From the NCBI GenBank assembly GCA_963708295.1, contig CAVPSJ010000008.1, forward strand, positions 192,001 to 256,000: a stretch of 64,000 nt of DNA. Direction: 5' to 3'. The DNA is from an uncultured delta proteobacterium (GTDB lineage: Bacteria; Desulfobacterota; BSN033; UBA1163). This document shows, piece by piece, positions 38,400 to 48,565 of this stretch (position 1 is the stretch's first letter; the number at the start of each line of letters is the position of its first letter). The notes beneath the pieces were generated by a model. The model worked only from the letters and a program-made list of their open reading frames with translations. It searched no databases and was not told the origin of the DNA. The position numbers and the translations under genes are program-made.

Positions 38400-40034
38400 A
38401 TGGTGTTAACCGAGACGCTCGCCAAAGCGGTTAAACTTTTTCCCCGGAAACGGGCCATTGTGTGCGGGGGCAGGCATTGGACCTATCAAGAATTCAGCAG
38501 TCGAGTGTATCAGCTCTCCCGTTGCCTCAAGAGGATGGGGCTTAAGAAGGATGACAAGGTTGCCATCCTCCATCCCAACTGTCACACTTTCCTGGAAGCC
38601 TATTATGCGATCCCCCAGATCGGAGCCGTCTCCGTTCCCATCAACACCAGACTCTCCCCCGGAGAGATCGCCTTTATCCTCAAGGATTCAGAATCAAAGT
38701 TATTGATTGCCGATTCGATGTTTAGGAGTCCATTGGATCCGATCCGAAAAGAGATCCGAGGGATAAGGAAAATTCTCTGGACCGGCGAAGGGGAGGGCAG
38801 CCCCTCTCCGCCGGACCCGCATCCAAAGGCGTCGGCCCGCGGGAGGACCCGCGGCAATCGTTCGATTGATTTGAATTATGAGGAGGCGTTGCAACAGGAA
38901 GATTCCGGTCCCCTTCCAGATCCCTCCATCGACGGTGAAGATATCGCGCAGATTTATTATACGAGCGGCACGACGGGCCGTCCCAAGGGGGTGATGCTAT
39001 CTCATAAGAATGTGACGACCCATGCCCTTGGGACCATTGCGGAAGTTCATCTCACGGATAGCGATGTCTGGGTTCACGTGGCGCCGCTTTTCCATCTGGC
39101 CGATGCCTGGGCTACCTGGGCCATGACCTGGGTGGGAGGAACCCATGTTTTGGTCAGGGAGTTCGATCCGAAGGCGGTTTTGGAAACCATCCAGAGAGAG
39201 AAAGTCACACTCACCAATCTCATCCCCACCATGCTCAATCTGATGGTCAATCATCCGGATGTAGGAAAATATGATTATAGCAGTCTGAGGGTCCTTTTGA
39301 GCGGAGGAGCGCCCATTGCCCCGGAAGTGGTCCGAAAGATCGTTGAAACCTTCAAATGTGACTATATCCAGACCTACGGCATGACCGAGACCAGTCCCTA
39401 TTTGACCCTCTCCATTTTGAAAGAACACTTAAGACAATTCCCCGATGAGGATCAGCTTCGATTTAAGTCCAAGACGGGAAGGGAATTCATCGGCGTCGAG
39501 TTGAAGGTGGTTAATGAACAGGGAGAGGAAATCAAGAAGGATGAAAAAGAGGTTGGAGAGATCATCGTCAAAGGGGATATTGTCACAAAAGGATATTGGA
39601 AGTTGCCGGAGGAGACGAAGAAGTCGATCAAGGATGGCTGGCTCTATACCGGCGATATGGCGGTGATCGATGAAGAGGGGTATGTCACGATTGTCGATCG
39701 TAAGAAGGACATGATCCTGACGGGTGGAGAAAATGTCTATTCCACCGAGGTTGAAAATGTTCTTTATATGCACCCTGCCATTTTAGAATGCGCGGTTGTC
39801 GGAGTTCCGGATCAAAAATGGGGCGAGGCTGTAAAAGCCATCGTGGTATTGAAACCGGGGCAGAGGGCCACTGAACAAGAGATCATTCAATTCTGCAAGG
39901 AAAGGATAGCTCATTATAAGGCCCCCAAATCGATCGATTTCATCGATGCCCTTCCCAGAACGGGTTCCGGAAAGATTCACAAGAAGAACTTGAGGGATAA
40001 ATACTGGGAGGGCTTTGAGAAAAAAGTTCACTAA
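38400..40034 (+). CDS. Long-chain acyl-CoA ligase (AMP-forming)
   Basis: Motifs YTSGTTGRPKG, YGMTE, GWLYTGD, DRKKD...GGENV and PRTGSGK. Confidence 0.92.
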   Translation: MVLTETLAKAVKLFPRKRAIVCGGRHWTYQEFSSRVYQLSRCLKRMGLKKDDKVAILHPNCHTFLEAYYAIPQIGAVSVPINTRLSPGEIAFILKDSESKLLIADSMFRSPLDPIRKEIRGIRKILWTGEGEGSPSPPDPHPKASARGRTRGNRSIDLNYEEALQQEDSGPLPDPSIDGEDIAQIYYTSGTTGRPKGVMLSHKNVTTHALGTIAEVHLTDSDVWVHVAPLFHLADAWATWAMTWVGGTHVLVREFDPKAVLETIQREKVTLTNLIPTMLNLMVNHPDVGKYDYSSLRVLLSGGAPIAPEVVRKIVETFKCDYIQTYGMTETSPYLTLSILKEHLRQFPDEDQLRFKSKTGREFIGVELKVVNEQGEEIKKDEKEVGEIIVKGDIVTKGYWKLPEETKKSIKDGWLYTGDMAVIDEEGYVTIVDRKKDMILTGGENVYSTEVENVLYMHPAILECAVVGVPDQKWGEAVKAIVVLKPGQRATEQEIIQFCKERIAHYKAPKSIDFIDALPRTGSGKIHKKNLRDKYWEGFEKKVH

Positions 40035-40150
40035 ACCTTTTTGGACACTAAACCAAATCTTCCGGACGGGAAGGAAAGTCCAGACGATTCATTGATTCCT
40101 TATGCCCTGCCAGAAGTCGAATGAATCCTTGCCCAACCCAATTTTTACTT

Positions 40151-40320
40151 GCCGCGATCAGGGTAAATCTCCTCCTAGGCTTCATAAGGTCCGCGTTGAG
40201 GGTATCCCGGATCAAGGCCCCTCATGACATCGAAACCCAGTCTTCCCCGTTCAAACTCGGGCAGCCAAACCTGAAGCGGTTGGCCGATGAAACCTCCTCA
40301 GGGACCCACCCAATCGCGCC
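40151..40320 (-). ncRNA. Candidate structured RNA, unknown family (copy 2)
   Basis: Shares AGGCTTCAT, CCGCGTTGAGG, GGATCAA, GCAGCCAAAC and CTGAAGCGGT with 7897-8075; closing stem differs in sequence but still pairs. Confidence 0.65.
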
Positions 40321-40373
40321 GATAACTATTCTGTTCATAAAAGAAAAATGGGGATAGGCAAGAATTAATCTCC

Positions 40374-40426
40374 TTGACAAAAGCCTTAAATTCTTTTAAT
40401 TTAAATTTCCGTGTTAACGTTAACGC
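40374..40426 (+). promoter_or_regulatory. sigma70 promoter plus LacI-type operator
   Basis: TTGACA-17bp-TAATTT followed by the palindrome gtGTTAACGTTAACgc. Confidence 0.7.
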
Positions 40427-40586
40427 ATATTCTAGCCAAATTAATAAACTTCATTTAATATAATATTTAGACCGCTTATCAAGAACTTAAAACCATTAAG
40501 AAGCCGATTATATTTTAGAGGCAAAATCTTAATGATGCGATTTGATACCTAAAAATAAACCAACTATTGAAAGGAGGAGAAGCGAA

Positions 40587-42080
40587 ATGGAAGGAATGGA
40601 TAAGATTAAGAAGAAGCCGATTAAGATCACGGATACGACCCTCCGGGATGGGCATCAGTCGACGTTAGCCACGAGGATGAGAACAGAGGATATGATCCCC
40701 ATTGCCGAGGAACTGGATAATGTTGGATTTTATTCTGTTGAGGTGTGGGGAGGAGCGACATTTGATGTGGCTCATCGGTTTTTGGGAGAAGATCCCTGGG
40801 AACGGGTAAAAGTGCTGAAGAAGCTGATGCCCAAGACCCCATTTCAGATGCTGCTTCGGGGGCAGAACCTGGTGGCCTATCGAAACCATCCGGATGATCT
40901 GGTCGAGGCCTTCGTGGAGAAGTCGGCCGAGGTTGGGATTGATATCTTTCGCTGCTTTGATGCCGTCAATGATGAGCGTAACTTTGAGACCGCCTTTAAG
41001 GTGATCAAAAAAATGGGAAAACATATCCAGGGGACGGTTTGCTACTCCTTAACTGAGCGGAGGATGGGGGGGCCGGTCTATAATCTCAACTACTATATCG
41101 AAAAGGCGAAGATTCTGGAGGGGATGGGCGCGGATTCCTTTTGTATTAAGGATATGGCCGGGCTGTTGGCCCCTTATGATATTTACGAACTCGTAAAGGC
41201 TTTGAAGAAGATCATAAAGATTCCGATTCAGCTCCATACCCATTACACGAGCGGAATGGGATCGATGACCTATCTTAAGGCAGTTGAAGCAGGGGTAGAT
41301 ATTCTTGATACTTCCCTGGCGCCCTTTGCCCTTCGGTCTTCACAACCCGCATTGGAGCCAATCCTCGTCGCATTGGAGGGCACGCCCTGGGATCCGAAGC
41401 TTGATCTGGACAAGCTTTTGAAACTCGGGGATTACATCGAAAGCATCGCACCCAAATATCGTGACTTCCTGGATACGACCAAGATGGCAGTGATTGATAC
41501 GGGTGTGCTCAAGCATCAGATCCCCGGGGGAATGATCTCGAACATGGTCAGTCAACTCAAGCAGCAGAAGGCTTTGAATCGCATTGAGGAGGTTTATGTC
41601 GAGCTTCCACAGACGAGAAAGGATTTGGGCTATCCTCCCTTGGTGACGCCTACCTCTCAGATCGTGGGCGTACAGGCGGTTTTGAATGTTCTTTTTGGCA
41701 GGTATAAAATGGTATCGAAAGAGACTCAGGACTACGTCTACGGTCTTTACGGGAGATCGCCGGTAGAGATTCCAGACGAGATCAGAAAGCTGGTATTGAA
41801 AGGTTATAAAAAGGGCAAGGAACCCATCACGTGTCGTCCTGCGGATTTGATAGAGCCGGAAATGGAGAAAGTGAAGAAAGAGACGGAGGGGTTGGCGAGA
41901 GATGTTTGCGATACGCTGGTCTATGCCCTCTTTCCTCAGACGGGAAAAGATTTTTTAAAGTGGAAGTATGGTCTGGAGCCTGTGCCGGATAAAGTGAAAC
42001 CCAAAACTCTGGAAGACGTGAAGAAAGAGGATGAGGCCGTTGCTAAAGCCAAGGCCGAAGCCAAGAGAAAAACAGCCTAA
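40587..42080 (+). CDS. Pyruvate carboxylase B / oxaloacetate decarboxylase alpha-type carboxyltransferase (no biotin domain)
   Basis: Motifs DTTLRDGHQS, EVWGGATFD, QMLLRGQN, IKDMAG, HTH, HQIPGGM and VTPTSQIVG; no MKM biotinylation motif. Confidence 0.9.
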   Translation: MEGMDKIKKKPIKITDTTLRDGHQSTLATRMRTEDMIPIAEELDNVGFYSVEVWGGATFDVAHRFLGEDPWERVKVLKKLMPKTPFQMLLRGQNLVAYRNHPDDLVEAFVEKSAEVGIDIFRCFDAVNDERNFETAFKVIKKMGKHIQGTVCYSLTERRMGGPVYNLNYYIEKAKILEGMGADSFCIKDMAGLLAPYDIYELVKALKKIIKIPIQLHTHYTSGMGSMTYLKAVEAGVDILDTSLAPFALRSSQPALEPILVALEGTPWDPKLDLDKLLKLGDYIESIAPKYRDFLDTTKMAVIDTGVLKHQIPGGMISNMVSQLKQQKALNRIEEVYVELPQTRKDLGYPPLVTPTSQIVGVQAVLNVLFGRYKMVSKETQDYVYGLYGRSPVEIPDEIRKLVLKGYKKGKEPITCRPADLIEPEMEKVKKETEGLARDVCDTLVYALFPQTGKDFLKWKYGLEPVPDKVKPKTLEDVKKEDEAVAKAKAEAKRKTA

Positions 42081-42193
42081 AAGGGCGATAGATTCTTTTT
42101 GACGATATATAAAGGGCTATAAATGTGGACCCTGGTGTGTGGTTCCAGAAAGAAGGTGTAACTATATATTTTTGTTTATAATTTATGGTTACC

Positions 42194-42228
42194 TTGAGAA
42201 ATTAGAATTTTTGTGTTATCGTTAACGC
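42194..42228 (+). promoter_or_regulatory. lacI-family gene promoter overlapped by a second operator copy
   Basis: TTGAGA-17bp-TATCGT with extended TG; operator GTGTTATCGTTAACGC at 42213-42228. Confidence 0.65.
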
Positions 42229-42231
42229 AAA

Positions 42232-43308
42232 ATGGATAAAAAGACCACAATTAAGGATATTGCCCGAAAAGCCAATGTCTCACACACCACCGTTTCAAGG
42301 GCGCTCAATAACAAATCCCGCATTAAGAGTGAAACCAAAGAGAAGATTCTTTCGATTGCTAAGGAATTAAACTACCGGCCGGATTTCATTGCCAGGAGTC
42401 TGGTGATGAGGCGGACCAAGACACTGGGTCTCGTCATCACCACCATTGCCAATCCCTTCTATACGGAGCTGTCCCAGGGGATCGAAACAATGGCCATCAG
42501 CCTGGGGTATAATATCATCCTCTGCAGTACCAATTATGAGCTCTCGGCCGAAAAAAAGTATATTGATATGCTGGAGAGCAAAGGGGTGGATGGGATCATT
42601 TTCACTTCCGCCCATATGGGTGACCCCAATATCATTGGATTAGCGGAGGAAGGATTCCCAATGATACTGGTCAATCGAAGAACCCTTCATCCGACCGTAA
42701 GGGATAAAGTCGATTACATTGGTGTGGATAACATCCGGGGGGGCTTTCTGGCTGTCGAACACCTGATCAAACTTGGCCACGAACGGATTGGAGTCATCGG
42801 CGGTTCGAGTGAATCCTCTGTCGGTTATGAGCGCTTGGAGGGTGGAAAGAAAGCGCTTGCTACTTATGGCTTGAAGGTGATTGGCGACTATTTCCTGGAA
42901 GGGGATTTTTTGAGGGGATCCGGCTATCAGGGAGGCAAGAAATTTCTAGAGATGGACAAGCCTCCGACGGCGATTTTTGCCGCGAACGACTACATGGCGT
43001 TAGGCACTTATCAGGCGATCATGGAAGCAGGGATTAAGGTTCCGGAAGAAATCGCGTTGATCGGGTTCAACGATATCGAATTTGCGGCCATGAAGGGAAT
43101 CGAATTGACAACGATCGGCCAGAAGAAGTACGAGATGGGTGCTTTGGCCGCGAAAACATTGGTAGAAAGGATTGAGGGCAGGAAGAGTGGGCCTCCGGAG
43201 GAAATTATCCTGGAGCCGGAGCTGATTATTCGGAAGACTTGCGGTTTTCGTTTGAAAGGTTATCAAATGGAATCCGCAAGAAGGCTTCAACCCAACCCTT
43301 CCCCCTGA
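42232..43308 (+). CDS. LacI family transcriptional regulator
   Basis: TIKDIARKANVSHTTVSRALN HTH; hinge YRPDFIARSL; PTAIFAAND. Confidence 0.95.
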   Translation: MDKKTTIKDIARKANVSHTTVSRALNNKSRIKSETKEKILSIAKELNYRPDFIARSLVMRRTKTLGLVITTIANPFYTELSQGIETMAISLGYNIILCSTNYELSAEKKYIDMLESKGVDGIIFTSAHMGDPNIIGLAEEGFPMILVNRRTLHPTVRDKVDYIGVDNIRGGFLAVEHLIKLGHERIGVIGGSSESSVGYERLEGGKKALATYGLKVIGDYFLEGDFLRGSGYQGGKKFLEMDKPPTAIFAANDYMALGTYQAIMEAGIKVPEEIALIGFNDIEFAAMKGIELTTIGQKKYEMGALAAKTLVERIEGRKSGPPEEIILEPELIIRKTCGFRLKGYQMESARRLQPNPSP

Positions 43309-43499
43309 AAGACTGTGTTTTATTTGTTCGTCATCTGATCCCGCACAGGCGGGATCCCAACTTGCAGGAAAGAGATTTTTCATTCATCATGAAACGGGCC
43401 CTGAGGTGAGGGATGGAGGTGAGTTCATTTTTACGTCGGGATTCGGAAGGAAGCGAATCTCCCCTGTGAGGGCTTAACGGGGTAAAGGTTCGATCTTAG

Positions 43500-44465
<966 letters not shown>

Positions 44466-44477
44466 GTTTATGGAAGA

Positions 44478-44544
44478 GTCCTTGCGAGCGAAGCGAAGCA
44501 ATCCCACCCATCGATTGCTTCGTCGCTTCACTCCTCGCAATGAC
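44478..44544. repeat. REP-like palindrome
   Basis: GTCCTTGCGAGCGAAGCGAAGCAATC ... GATTGCTTCGTCGCTTCACTCCTCGCAATGAC. Confidence 0.7.
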
Positions 44545-44573
44545 ACAAAATGTGTCAAGGTGAAAGGCAAAAT

Positions 44574-45413
44574 ATGCGAGAGATCAATGTGAAGTTGATG
44601 ACCGAGAAGGTGAGGGATCTTTGCATCAGGGCCAACACCGATCTCGGCGAGGATATGCTCCAAGCCTTTGATCGAGCGATGAAGACAGAGGAGTCCCCTC
44701 TGGGAATTGAGATATTGAAGGAATTAAAGGAGAATGCCCGGATTGGGAAAGAAGAAAGTGTCCCCATCTGTCAGGACACGGGATTTGCCGTCGTATTTGT
44801 GGAATTGGGACAGGATGTTCATCTCGTCGGCGGAAATCTGAATGAGGCCATCGAAGAAGGTGTTCGGCAGGGATACCAGGATGGGTATTTAAGAAAATCG
44901 ATCTGCCATCCTTTTACGAGGGCAAACACCGGAGACAACACCCCTGCGATCATCCATGCGGAGGTGGTTCCTGGAGATAAAATTAAGCTGATCGTAGCTC
45001 CTAAAGGCGGCGGCAGTGAAAACATGAGCCGAGTCGTCATGCTCACGCCGTCGGAAGGGGTCGAAGGGATCAAACGCTATGTGGTCCAGAGAGTGAGGGA
45101 ATCAGGGTCAAATCCCTGCCCTCCTACCATCGTGGGGGTAGGGATCGGAGGGACTTTCGAACGGGCGGCACTCCTCGCGAAGAAGAGTTTGCTTCGGCCC
45201 CTCGGGAGCAAGAATCCGGATCCGGAACTGGATCGATTGGAATCTGAGATCCTGACCGAGATCAATCGCCTGGGGATCGGGCCTCAAGGATTAGGAGGAC
45301 GAACGACTTCTCTGGCCGTTCACATTTTACTCATGCCCTGTCATATTGCGAGTTTTCCTCTGGCCGTAAACATCCAATGCCATGCGCAAAGGCATAAAGA
45401 AGCGATCATTTGA
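44574..45413 (+). CDS. Fe-S fumarate hydratase, alpha subunit
   Basis: Motifs PICQDTG, NTGDNTP, KGGGSEN, NPCPP, GIGPQGLGG and CHA.RH. Confidence 0.9.
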   Translation: MREINVKLMTEKVRDLCIRANTDLGEDMLQAFDRAMKTEESPLGIEILKELKENARIGKEESVPICQDTGFAVVFVELGQDVHLVGGNLNEAIEEGVRQGYQDGYLRKSICHPFTRANTGDNTPAIIHAEVVPGDKIKLIVAPKGGGSENMSRVVMLTPSEGVEGIKRYVVQRVRESGSNPCPPTIVGVGIGGTFERAALLAKKSLLRPLGSKNPDPELDRLESEILTEINRLGIGPQGLGGRTTSLAVHILLMPCHIASFPLAVNIQCHAQRHKEAII

Positions 45414-45518
45414 GAAGAAGGTATTGCAAATTTCAGATTTAAGATTTCAAATTGAATTCGACATGGTTTTTCCAATCTGCAATTTGCGATCTGAAATCTG
45501 AAATCGAGGTGAGATAAG

Positions 45519-46076
45519 ATGAGCCAACCGATACGATTAACACCGCCTCTCAAGGATGAGGACGTGGAAAAATTGAAGATCGGCGATCGCGTCCTAATCC
45601 GCGGAGTCGTCTATACGGGAAGGGATGCGGCCCACAAACGGCTGATCGATTTGTTGAAAGAGGGGAAAAGCCTCCCTTTCGATATCAAGGGCCAGATCAT
45701 CTACTTTGTGGGGCCCACGCCCACCAAGCCCGGGCGGGCTTTCGGATCGGCAGGTCCGACCACCAGTTATCGAATGGACGCCTACTCCCCCGCTTTGATC
45801 GAGAGAGGCCTGAAAGGAATGATAGGAAAAGGAATGCGATCCGAGGCCGTGAAGGAGGCGATGAAAAAGTACAAAGCAGTCTATTTTGCCGGGACAGGAG
45901 GGGCGGGGGCCCTCCTGGGCAAACGGGTGAAAAAGGCCGAGATCATCGCTTATGAAGATCTTGGCCCCGAGGCGATTCGAAGATTGGAAGTAGAGGACCT
46001 CCCCTTGATTGTCGTCAACGATGTCAGGGGAAATGACCTCTATATTGAAGGTGAAAAAAAGTACCGGAAAGAATAG
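45519..46076 (+). CDS. Fe-S fumarate hydratase, beta subunit
   Basis: Motifs GRDAAHKR, GPTTSYRMD and MIGKG. Confidence 0.9.
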   Translation: MSQPIRLTPPLKDEDVEKLKIGDRVLIRGVVYTGRDAAHKRLIDLLKEGKSLPFDIKGQIIYFVGPTPTKPGRAFGSAGPTTSYRMDAYSPALIERGLKGMIGKGMRSEAVKEAMKKYKAVYFAGTGGAGALLGKRVKKAEIIAYEDLGPEAIRRLEVEDLPLIVVNDVRGNDLYIEGEKKYRKE

Positions 46077-46093
46077 GTGCGGGTGGGAAAGGC

Positions 46094-47008
46094 ATGGAAA
46101 GAGTAAACCCTGGATCGTTGAAAGCATGGTTGATGCTTCCTCGTTTCCAGTTCTTACCCCTCACGATCATCCTCGTTTCTTTAGGAACAGCGATTGCCTC
46201 CACCGAAGGTTATTTCCATCTTGGGCATTTTCTCCTGGTCCTCCTCGGCTCCATCCTGGTTCACATGACCGTCAATGTGATCAATGATTACCACGACTAT
46301 GTGGATGGAATTGATTTAAACACTCAAAGAACTCCGTTCAGCGGAGGGAGTGGCGTGCTTCCTCTGGGTCTTTTGAAACCCAGGCAGGCCTTCTGGTTTG
46401 GAACCGTCTGTTTGCTGGTGGCCATGGTGGTCGGGTTTTATTTCGTGATGGTAAAAGGTTGGGCGCTCTTCCCCCTTCTTCTCCTCGCGGGGTTTGCTGC
46501 ATACTTTTACAACGTTTATCTCTCCAAATGGTTCATGGGCGAGATATTTGCGGGCGTCGGTTTTGGCCCTTTACTCGTCCTGGGCTCGTATTATGCGCAG
46601 ACGGGAAGGTATAGCTGGGAGACCTTGGTTGCCTCCCTTGCGCCGGGGATACTCACATCGAATCTTCTTTTTCTGAATGAATTTCCGGATTGGGACGCGG
46701 ACCGGAAAGGCGGGAGAAGGCATTTCGTCATCTCCCTGGGGAAGAGGGGGGCGAGTTATCTCTTCGTGGCCCTTCTCACCGCCTCTTATCTCTGCATTAT
46801 CCTCGGAGTTCTTACAAGGATGATGCCGGTATGGACGCTCCTCGGTCTGGGGACGATCGGGTTTGGATGGAAGGCTGCCAGGGGAGCCTTGAAATATTAT
46901 GATAATACCGAGAAGCTGGTTCCCGTATTGGGCGCGAATGTCATCACGATCCTTGGAACACAAGCCCTTCTGGCCGTTGGATACGTGATGACCATGCTCG
47001 TTCTGTAG
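46094..47008 (+). CDS. UbiA-family prenyltransferase (MenA-like)
   Basis: NVINDYHDYVDGID and NEFPD..AD..GGRR; multiple TM segments. Confidence 0.82.
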   Translation: MERVNPGSLKAWLMLPRFQFLPLTIILVSLGTAIASTEGYFHLGHFLLVLLGSILVHMTVNVINDYHDYVDGIDLNTQRTPFSGGSGVLPLGLLKPRQAFWFGTVCLLVAMVVGFYFVMVKGWALFPLLLLAGFAAYFYNVYLSKWFMGEIFAGVGFGPLLVLGSYYAQTGRYSWETLVASLAPGILTSNLLFLNEFPDWDADRKGGRRHFVISLGKRGASYLFVALLTASYLCIILGVLTRMMPVWTLLGLGTIGFGWKAARGALKYYDNTEKLVPVLGANVITILGTQALLAVGYVMTMLVL

Positions 47009-47062
47009 CGAAAAATATCTTATTATTTGTTTATAGACCTTTTGAGTTTTTGGAGATTCATC

Positions 47063-47476
47063 ATGAAAATTGAGCTGACAAGGCAGAAGATTCACAATGA
47101 ATTTGCAAAGAAGGTGGAATTGGTCAGCGGACAAAATCTATTTGCCTGCTACCAATGCGGGAATTGCACGGCGGGATGTCCGGTCGCCTTTGCCATGGAG
47201 GTGGGGCCGCACCAGGTCATTCGGTATACCCTGCTCGGGCTGGAAGAGGAAGCCCTTGGAGTGAATACCTTCTGGCTTTGCGCCTCCTGCCTTCAATGCA
47301 CGTCGAGGTGCCCCAAAGGAATCGATATTGCCAGGGTGATGGATGCGTTGAGGATGGTGGTTTTGAGAAAGAAAGAGAGAAGAGACCACATTCGGATCTC
47401 TGAATTTCCAGAAGGATTTCTGGAGAAGGTTCCCCAGATTGCCTTTGTCAGCGGGTTTAGGAAATTCCTGTCATAG
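47063..47476 (+). CDS. hdrC: Heterodisulfide reductase subunit C
   Basis: CYQCGNCTAGCP and WLCASCLQCTSRCP. Confidence 0.9.
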   Translation: MKIELTRQKIHNEFAKKVELVSGQNLFACYQCGNCTAGCPVAFAMEVGPHQVIRYTLLGLEEEALGVNTFWLCASCLQCTSRCPKGIDIARVMDALRMVVLRKKERRDHIRISEFPEGFLEKVPQIAFVSGFRKFLS

Positions 47477-47625
47477 GATAATTTCAAATGTCAAAACCAA
47501 AATGTCAAAGGAATGTCAAATTACAAAATCCAAAATTTTTGACATTGATTCACCTTCGGTTCATCACTTCGTGCGAACTTTGGATTTCATTTGAACTTTG
47601 ACATTTGTCATTCCCAGAGGTTTTT

Positions 47626-48495
47626 ATGGATTATCTCTATTTTCCCGGTTGTACGTTGAATACCAAGGCGAAGAATTTTGATCAGACGGCCCGGGACTGT
47701 TCTCGCCTGCTCGGTTTCGAATTAAAGGAACTCAAGAATTGGACGTGTTGCGGAGCTACCTTTCCCCTGGCCACGGATAACATCATGGCTCTTCTTCCCC
47801 CCTCCCGGATTCTAGCGACTGCAAGGGAAGAGGGGACCACCCTGACGACCCTCTGCGCCGTCTGCTTTAACGTGATCAAAAGGACGAACCGATTGATCCA
47901 GGGAGATGGGGAGAAAAGAGATAAGATCAACAACTTCATCGAAAAGAATTATCAGGGAGATCTTCGAGTCCTCCACTATTTGGAGATCCTGAAACAAGAC
48001 GTTGGATTTCCTCAACTCAGAGAAAAGGTAAAGAAGCCCCTGGGGGAACTCAAGGCAGCGGCTTATTACGGATGCATGCTCCTCCGGCCATTTAAGGAAA
48101 TGGGATTCGACGACAAGGAGAAGCCCACTCTTTTTGAGGATTTCCTAGAAGCCCTGGGAGCAAAAGCGGTTGAATTTCCTTACAAGATTGAGTGTTGCGG
48201 GTCCTTCCAGTCGGTGGGCTCACCCGATGTGGCAACCGAATGTGCTCATAAAATTCTCGGCTCGGCTCTGAAGAATGGGGCCGAGGCAATGGTTTCCACC
48301 TGTCCGATGTGCACATTCAACATTGACCACAAACAGTCGGATATCAAGCAGAAATACTCTGATTTCAAACCCATCCCCGTATTCTATTTTACTCAACTCC
48401 TCGGGATGGCCATGGGACTCGACTATCAGGCTCTCGGGTTTGAGCAGAATGCAGTGGATCCTTTGCCCCTCTTGAAAGAGAAGGGGCTTCTCTAA
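47626..48495 (+). CDS. hdrB: Heterodisulfide reductase subunit B
   Basis: Two CCG domains: FPGC/WTCCG/CAVC and YYGC/ECCG/CPMC. Confidence 0.92.
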   Translation: MDYLYFPGCTLNTKAKNFDQTARDCSRLLGFELKELKNWTCCGATFPLATDNIMALLPPSRILATAREEGTTLTTLCAVCFNVIKRTNRLIQGDGEKRDKINNFIEKNYQGDLRVLHYLEILKQDVGFPQLREKVKKPLGELKAAAYYGCMLLRPFKEMGFDDKEKPTLFEDFLEALGAKAVEFPYKIECCGSFQSVGSPDVATECAHKILGSALKNGAEAMVSTCPMCTFNIDHKQSDIKQKYSDFKPIPVFYFTQLLGMAMGLDYQALGFEQNAVDPLPLLKEKGLL

Positions 48496-48565
48496 ACTCC
48501 CATTCCCCCCTCCCCCTGGAGGGGAGGGCGCGGGGGAAGGGGGGGAAGGTATATGGCGTTGACTT

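Noticed and set aside
40065-40090. RNase P RNA suggested by GGAAAGTCC (also near 14010)
   Set aside because: The remaining conserved RNase P elements are not present nearby.
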